Shown here: positions 59,583 to 64,000 of the stretch, one piece after another
How positions within the stretch are numbered: position 1 is the first letter of the stretch
Layout of the letters: each line of letters begins with the position of its first letter
DNA from: an uncultured Trueperaceae bacterium
Lineage (GTDB): Bacteria > Deinococcota > Deinococci > Deinococcales > Trueperaceae
DNA: 64,000 nt
Assembly: GCA_963815215.1 (NCBI GenBank)
Contig: CAWFFU010000011.1
Location: 544,001 to 608,000, forward strand
Direction: 5' to 3'
Made by a program: the position numbers and the translations under genes
The notes under the pieces: model-generated
What the model saw: the letters and a program-made list of their open reading frames with translations, nothing else
Told to the model about the DNA's origin: nothing
Database searches by the model: none

Positions 59583-60224
59583 ATGCCCCATCCCCACTCG
59601 GAATCCTGCACCGCCTTCGCGGGCCACCGGCTGCTGCGCTCCGGCTCTCTTGTCGAGGTCGCACGGGCCGTCAAGACCGCGGCGGACGGCGGCTCCAACG
59701 ACCCGATCCTCGTCTTCGACGACGCCACCGGACGCGTCGTCGACCTGGACCTTCGCGGCACCGAAGCCGACGTCGTCGGCAGACTGGTGCGCACCGCCGA
59801 CGGCGACGCCCGGCGACGCGAACCTGGCGGCAGCGAGCCGGAGGTGGCCGCGAGCCGCGGGGCCACCCAGCCGAGGGGCCCGGGACGGCCGAAGCTGGGC
59901 GTGGTCGCACGCGAGGTCACCCTCCTCCCCCGACACTGGGAGTGGCTGGCCGCCCAGCCGTCGGGAGCGTCTGCCGCCCTCCGGCGGTTGGTGGACGAGG
60001 CCCGTCGGATAACCGCCCCCCGGCAGGAACGGCGGGCAGCTCAGGAGGCGGCCTACCGGTTCATGTCGGGGATCGGAGGTGACCTGCCGGGCTACGAGGA
60101 GGCGACACGTGCGCTGTTCGCGGACGACCGGCTTGCCTTCGAGGCCCGCCTCGCGGCGTGGCCCGAGGACGTGCGGGCCCACGCCCTGCACCTGGCCTTC
60201 GGATCTCCGCATCGCTCCAGGTAG
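59583..60224 (+). CDS. DUF2239 family protein
   Basis: FDDATGRVVDLDLRG, GRPKLGVVAREVTLLPRHWEWL, AYRFM..I.GDLPGYEEATRALF. Confidence 0.88.
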   Translation: MPHPHSESCTAFAGHRLLRSGSLVEVARAVKTAADGGSNDPILVFDDATGRVVDLDLRGTEADVVGRLVRTADGDARRREPGGSEPEVAASRGATQPRGPGRPKLGVVAREVTLLPRHWEWLAAQPSGASAALRRLVDEARRITAPRQERRAAQEAAYRFMSGIGGDLPGYEEATRALFADDRLAFEARLAAWPEDVRAHALHLAFGSPHRSR

Positions 60225-60248
60225 TCACCCTTTGCGAAAGGTACCGCC

Positions 60249-60689
60249 ATGAACATCGCCGATCCCATCCGCCATCTCGAACCGACGCAGGAAGCCGGAC
60301 GGGCCTTCATCCAGCGCGACCTGGAAGGCGAAGTCCTCATGCTGAACCTGATGCGCTTGCGACACGTCGCCGACTACTCGGCCCATCCCGAACTCGCGCC
60401 CGACGCGCCCATCAGCGGTGCCGAGGCCTTCGACCGCTACGTCCGCCACACCCTCCCGTTCCTCCACGAGACCGGCGGCGACCTCGTGCTCCTTGCCACC
60501 GGCGGGCCGTTCCTCATCGGCCCCGAACGGGAACGCTGGGACCTCATGATGCTGGTGCGGCAGAGCAGCGCCGCGTCGTTCCTCGCCTTCGCCAGCCATG
60601 AGGGATACCTCACCGGCCTCGGCCATCGCACCGCGGCCCTGGAGGACTCGCGTCTCCTGCCGCTCACCGAGCTGCCGGTCCCGGACTGA
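60249..60689 (+). CDS. DUF1330 domain protein
   Basis: MLNLMR, SGAEA..RY, LIGP..ERWD, HRTAALEDSRLLP. Confidence 0.8.
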   Translation: MNIADPIRHLEPTQEAGRAFIQRDLEGEVLMLNLMRLRHVADYSAHPELAPDAPISGAEAFDRYVRHTLPFLHETGGDLVLLATGGPFLIGPERERWDLMMLVRQSSAASFLAFASHEGYLTGLGHRTAALEDSRLLPLTELPVPD

Positions 60690-60860
60690 CGCCGGGCCCG
60701 CACCCCGATGAAGCCGTGCGGTGCGGCGCCACCGGGACCCGCAGGGGACCTGGTCCTCCTCGGCCACCCGATCGGAGGCTCCTGTCCGGTGTGAGAATCC
60801 CCATTCGTCCGCTAGGAGTTCGCGGCCGCCGACACCTGGCGTTAAAGGAAACCGACAGGG

Positions 60861-61961
60861 ATGCGCCCTCCCGCACGAGGTATGCGCAGGGATATGTACG
60901 GCGAACAGGCGCCGGCGTGCGTCACCGTGAGCGGCCTCCCCAGCGGCGTCTCGGGGAAGGTCTCGGTGACCGGCCCCGGCGGCTACGCCCAGGTCGTCAC
61001 GGCTACGACCACCTTGCGTGTCGCGCCAGGGACCTACACCATCTCGGCCCAGAACACGCTTGACGCCAACGCCATCGTGTCCACCGTGTACGACGGCAGC
61101 GCCTCGGCCACGTCCGTCAGCGTCAGCGCCGGCGCCACGGCCTCGAGCGCCGTGACCTACGCCGCGCGCGCGGGCTCGGGTCACCTCTGGGTCCCGCTGC
61201 TCGGCGGGGGCGCGACGTCCGAGACCGAGAGCTTGCCGGGTAGTAGCCTCACCAGCACCGCTGCGGCCAGCCCGGACGTGATCCTGAGCGCGAACGGCGG
61301 GGGCGAGGCGGTGGCGGTCGACGGCGCCGGGAACCTGTGGGTCGCCGACGATACCGGCTACGTCTACGAGTTCGGCGTTGCGCAGCTCTCCAGCTCGGGC
61401 ACGCCCGCCCCTGTGGTGACCCTCGATGCGTCGGCGAACAACAGCGCGTTCTACGGCCTGGCGTTCGACCCATCCGGCGACCTCTGGGTCTCGGACTGCG
61501 GGACCACCTCGCGCCTGATCATGTACTCGCCGAGCCAGCTCGCGACGGGCGGAGCAACAGCTCCAGCTGTCGCGATCACCGATGACGGCAGCCATAGCAT
61601 CGACTGCCCGGCCGGCATCGCCTTCGACGCCGCCGGCAACCTGTGGGTCAGCAACGATGCCAACACGGTCGTACGCTTCGACGCCGGCCAGCTCGCGAGC
61701 GATGGATCTCCGACGCCGTCGGCCACCATCGCCGGCAGCTCGCTCGGAGGTGAGCCCGTGGGTCTGGCGTTCGACGCCAGTGGAGCGCTGTGGGTCGTCG
61801 ACGCATCCAGCAACGAGCTTCTGCAGTTCAAGAGCCCAGGCACGCTCAGCGGCAACGTGGCGCCCACGGCCGACGCCGTCATCTCCTCGCTGGACAGCAC
61901 CGACTACCCGATCGCGGCCTTCGACCCGCCGGCCGCCGACCTACCCATCCAGACCCCCTAG
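60861..61961 (+). CDS. Ser/Thr/Gly-rich protein with an Ig-like N-domain and NHL/Vgb-like beta-propeller repeats; start uncertain
   Basis: VSGLPSG..VTGPGG..PGTYTI, then repeated (G)LAFD..GNLWV units. Confidence 0.75.
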   Translation: MRPPARGMRRDMYGEQAPACVTVSGLPSGVSGKVSVTGPGGYAQVVTATTTLRVAPGTYTISAQNTLDANAIVSTVYDGSASATSVSVSAGATASSAVTYAARAGSGHLWVPLLGGGATSETESLPGSSLTSTAAASPDVILSANGGGEAVAVDGAGNLWVADDTGYVYEFGVAQLSSSGTPAPVVTLDASANNSAFYGLAFDPSGDLWVSDCGTTSRLIMYSPSQLATGGATAPAVAITDDGSHSIDCPAGIAFDAAGNLWVSNDANTVVRFDAGQLASDGSPTPSATIAGSSLGGEPVGLAFDASGALWVVDASSNELLQFKSPGTLSGNVAPTADAVISSLDSTDYPIAAFDPPAADLPIQTP

Positions 61962-61988
61962 CCGTCCGAGGGGACCACGCACGAGAGC

Positions 61989-62023
61989 CGTTCGGCGTCC
62001 GCACCTGGTGCGGACGCCGAACG
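61989..62023 (+). terminator. Perfect 17-bp inverted repeat, terminator-like
   Basis: CGTTCGGCGTCCGCACC-T-GGTGCGGACGCCGAACG followed by CTTT. Confidence 0.7.
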
Positions 62024-62127
62024 CTTTGGATCTGGGCGCGGCAGTGCTCACCCAGGGCTCGCGTGCCCGCTCGACCGTGGAAGCAGCGGAGCTCGCACAC
62101 TCCGGGGCTCGCCTGCCGCCCGCATCC

Positions 62128-62183
62128 TTGACACCTCCGGACCCTCGGCCGTATCGTACTGACACCTGAATCAGTCGTCAGGT
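62128..62183 (+). promoter_or_regulatory. tetR operon promoter with two overlapping CTGA-N8-TCAG operators
   Basis: TTGACA-N18-TATCGT; sites at 62159-62174 and 62166-62181. Confidence 0.6.
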
Positions 62184-62238
62184 CCGAGCCTGCGCCACGG
62201 AGGCGCTCGGCCGCGACCTGCATGCGCGAAGGGGCGTT

Positions 62239-62838
62239 GTGTCCGAGCTACCCCGGCCCAGCACCGCACGCGGTGAGGCCACGCGACAGAAGCTTCTCCA
62301 TGCTGCCGAGGCCGAGATCGGCGAGAAGGGGTACAGCCGTGCCTCGGTCTCCAGCATCACCAAGCGCGCCGGCGTGGGGCAGGGCACCTTCTACCTCTAC
62401 TTCCCCGGCAAGGAGGACGCGCTGCGCGAGCTCGTGCGGCACATGGGACGCGAGCTGCGGCACGCGCTGAACCGCGCCACCGTCGGGGCCACCAGCCGCA
62501 CCGAGATCGAGCGTCGGGGCTTCGAGGCGTTCCTGCGCTTCAGCCTCGGGCACCAGAACCTCTACCGCGTGGTGATGGAGTCGCAGTTCGTGGACGAATC
62601 GATCTACCGGGAGTACTACCAGACCCTCGCCGACGCCTACGCCGTCGGCCTCGAGCGGGCGCAGGACGCCGACGAGTTCCGGCCGGGCGACCCCGAGACG
62701 CAGGCCTGGGCGCTGATGGGCATCGCCCACTTCCTCGGCCTGCGCTACACCATCTGGGACCACCGCGTCCCCCCGGAGAACGTCATGAGCACCGCCTTCG
62801 ACATGATCCTGCACGGCCTGGAGGCGCCCGCCCGATGA
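62239..62838 (+). CDS. TetR/AcrR family regulator
   Basis: TRQKLLHAA..I...GY, ITKRAGVGQGTFYLYFPGKE. Confidence 0.93.
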   Translation: MSELPRPSTARGEATRQKLLHAAEAEIGEKGYSRASVSSITKRAGVGQGTFYLYFPGKEDALRELVRHMGRELRHALNRATVGATSRTEIERRGFEAFLRFSLGHQNLYRVVMESQFVDESIYREYYQTLADAYAVGLERAQDADEFRPGDPETQAWALMGIAHFLGLRYTIWDHRVPPENVMSTAFDMILHGLEAPAR

Positions 62839-63950
62839 GGGGGCCGGTCGCCATCACCGGGCTGGCCGCCTACGTCCCGGCCGGCCGCATCAGCTCGGCC
62901 GAGATCGCGGCCGCCAGCGGCCTGCCGGAGTGGGTGGTCCGCGACAAGCTCGGTATCCTCGAGAAGGTCCGACCCGCGCCGGACGAGCAACCCGCGGCGA
63001 TGGGCGCCTGGGCGGCGCAGGAGGCGCTGGCACGCGCCGGTGTCGACGCCGCTGAGGTCGACGTGGTGATCTCCATCACCGAGGAGTACAAGGAGTACCC
63101 GGTGTGGACCGCCGGCATCAAGATCGCCTACGACATCGGCGCGCGCCGCGCCTACGCCTACGACATCGGCCAGAAGTGCGGCACCAGCGTGCTGGGGCTG
63201 AAGCAGGCCAGGGATCTGCTGCTGGCCGACCCCGAGGTGAACACGGTGCTCGTCGCCGGCGGCTACCGCAACGGCGACCTCATCGACTTCACCGACCCCA
63301 ACGTGCGCTTCATGTACAACCTGGCGGCCGGCGGGGCCGCCGCGGTGGTGCAGCACCGGCCGCACGGCAGCGGCCACGAGCTGCTCGGCTCGCACATCCT
63401 CACCGACGGCAGCTTCTCGCTCGACGTGATGGTGCCGGTGGGCGGCACCGTCGCTCCGCTCACGCCCGAGCGCGTGCCGGACTACCGGCTGCAGGTCGCC
63501 GACCCGGCCGGCATGAAGGAACGGCTCGAGCCCACCAGCCTCGACAACTTCGTGGAGGTGGTGCGCCGCGCCGTCGCCAAATCCGGCGCGACGCTGGACG
63601 AGGTCGCCTACGTGGCCATGCTCCACGTCAAGCGCAGCGCCCACCGCACGCTGCTCGAGCGCCTGGGCGTGCCCGAGGAACGCTCCATCTACCTCGAGCA
63701 CGTCGGCCACCTCGGCCAGATGGACCAGATCCTCAGCCTGCGGCTCGCCGAGGAGCGCGGCCTGCTGGCCCCCGGCGACCTGGTGGTGCTGGTCGCGGCG
63801 GGCGTGGGCTACGTGTGGAACGCGATCTGCCTGCGCTGGGGCACCACCGGCGCCGGGCGCCCGTTCGCCGGCGACGGGCTGCGCGGCGTGCGCCCCGGCC
63901 CGCTTCCGGCCGGCGGCGAGCGCCCCTCCGTTACGGAGGCCGAGCCGTGA
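62835..63950 (+). CDS. 3-oxoacyl-ACP synthase III-like condensing enzyme
   Basis: AAYVP, QKCG catalytic Cys, MLH, GHLG, AGVGYVW; ATGA overlap with tetR. Confidence 0.87.
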   Translation: MRGPVAITGLAAYVPAGRISSAEIAAASGLPEWVVRDKLGILEKVRPAPDEQPAAMGAWAAQEALARAGVDAAEVDVVISITEEYKEYPVWTAGIKIAYDIGARRAYAYDIGQKCGTSVLGLKQARDLLLADPEVNTVLVAGGYRNGDLIDFTDPNVRFMYNLAAGGAAAVVQHRPHGSGHELLGSHILTDGSFSLDVMVPVGGTVAPLTPERVPDYRLQVADPAGMKERLEPTSLDNFVEVVRRAVAKSGATLDEVAYVAMLHVKRSAHRTLLERLGVPEERSIYLEHVGHLGQMDQILSLRLAEERGLLAPGDLVVLVAAGVGYVWNAICLRWGTTGAGRPFAGDGLRGVRPGPLPAGGERPSVTEAEP

Positions 63951-64000
63951 TCCTCGACATCGCCCGCCGTCGGGCCGAGCTCACCCCGGCGCGCCCGGCC
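63947..64000 (+). CDS. 5' fragment, probably an acyl-CoA synthetase (AMP-binding)
   Basis: GTGA overlap; MILDIARRRAELTPARPA resembles AMP-ligase N-termini. Only 18 codons are visible. Confidence 0.5.
   Translation, partial: MILDIARRRAELTPARPA

Noticed and set aside
1..64000. CRISPR arrays, tRNA/rRNA genes, IS elements, prophage genes
   Set aside because: I saw no spaced repeats, cloverleaf or rRNA signatures, transposases or phage proteins on manual reading. A tRNAscan/Infernal run would be needed to exclude small RNAs.

Overview
High-GC bacterial chromosomal segment, probably Deinococcota/Trueperaceae-like. That is an inference from leaderless TANNNT-N6-ATG starts and solute-binding proteins without lipoboxes. 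I found no rRNA, tRNA, CRISPR array or mobile element. Left to right: (1) a GntR-linked organosulfonate locus with SuyAB-like sulfolactate sulfo-lyase, a D-2-hydroxyacid dehydrogenase, a Gfo/Idh/MocA oxidoreductase, a TctA permease and a divergent NitT/TauT ABC importer, whose two promoters share an identical 20-bp operator; (2) a stress/signalling block: tandem USP coupled to a 2808-aa cyclic beta-1,2-glucan synthase, a fatty acid desaturase, a KaiC-like ATPase coupled to a pseudo-receiver/PAS/LuxR protein, a tiny circularly permuted HNH-like protein and a PAS-GGDEF cyclase; (3) a complete myo-inositol operon (iolD-E-G-B-R-A-C-J) divergent from LacI-GH38-sugar ABC-PHP hydrolase, then an alpha/beta hydrolase; (4) GH4/Opp and ROK/sugar ABC/amidohydrolase/(alpha/alpha)6 glycosidase/M20 clusters, with two genes each frameshifted by one missing G; (5) DUF2239-DUF1330, a beta-propeller protein and the start of a TetR-FabH-like-acyl-CoA ligase operon. 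All family calls come from motif recognition; no database searches were run.
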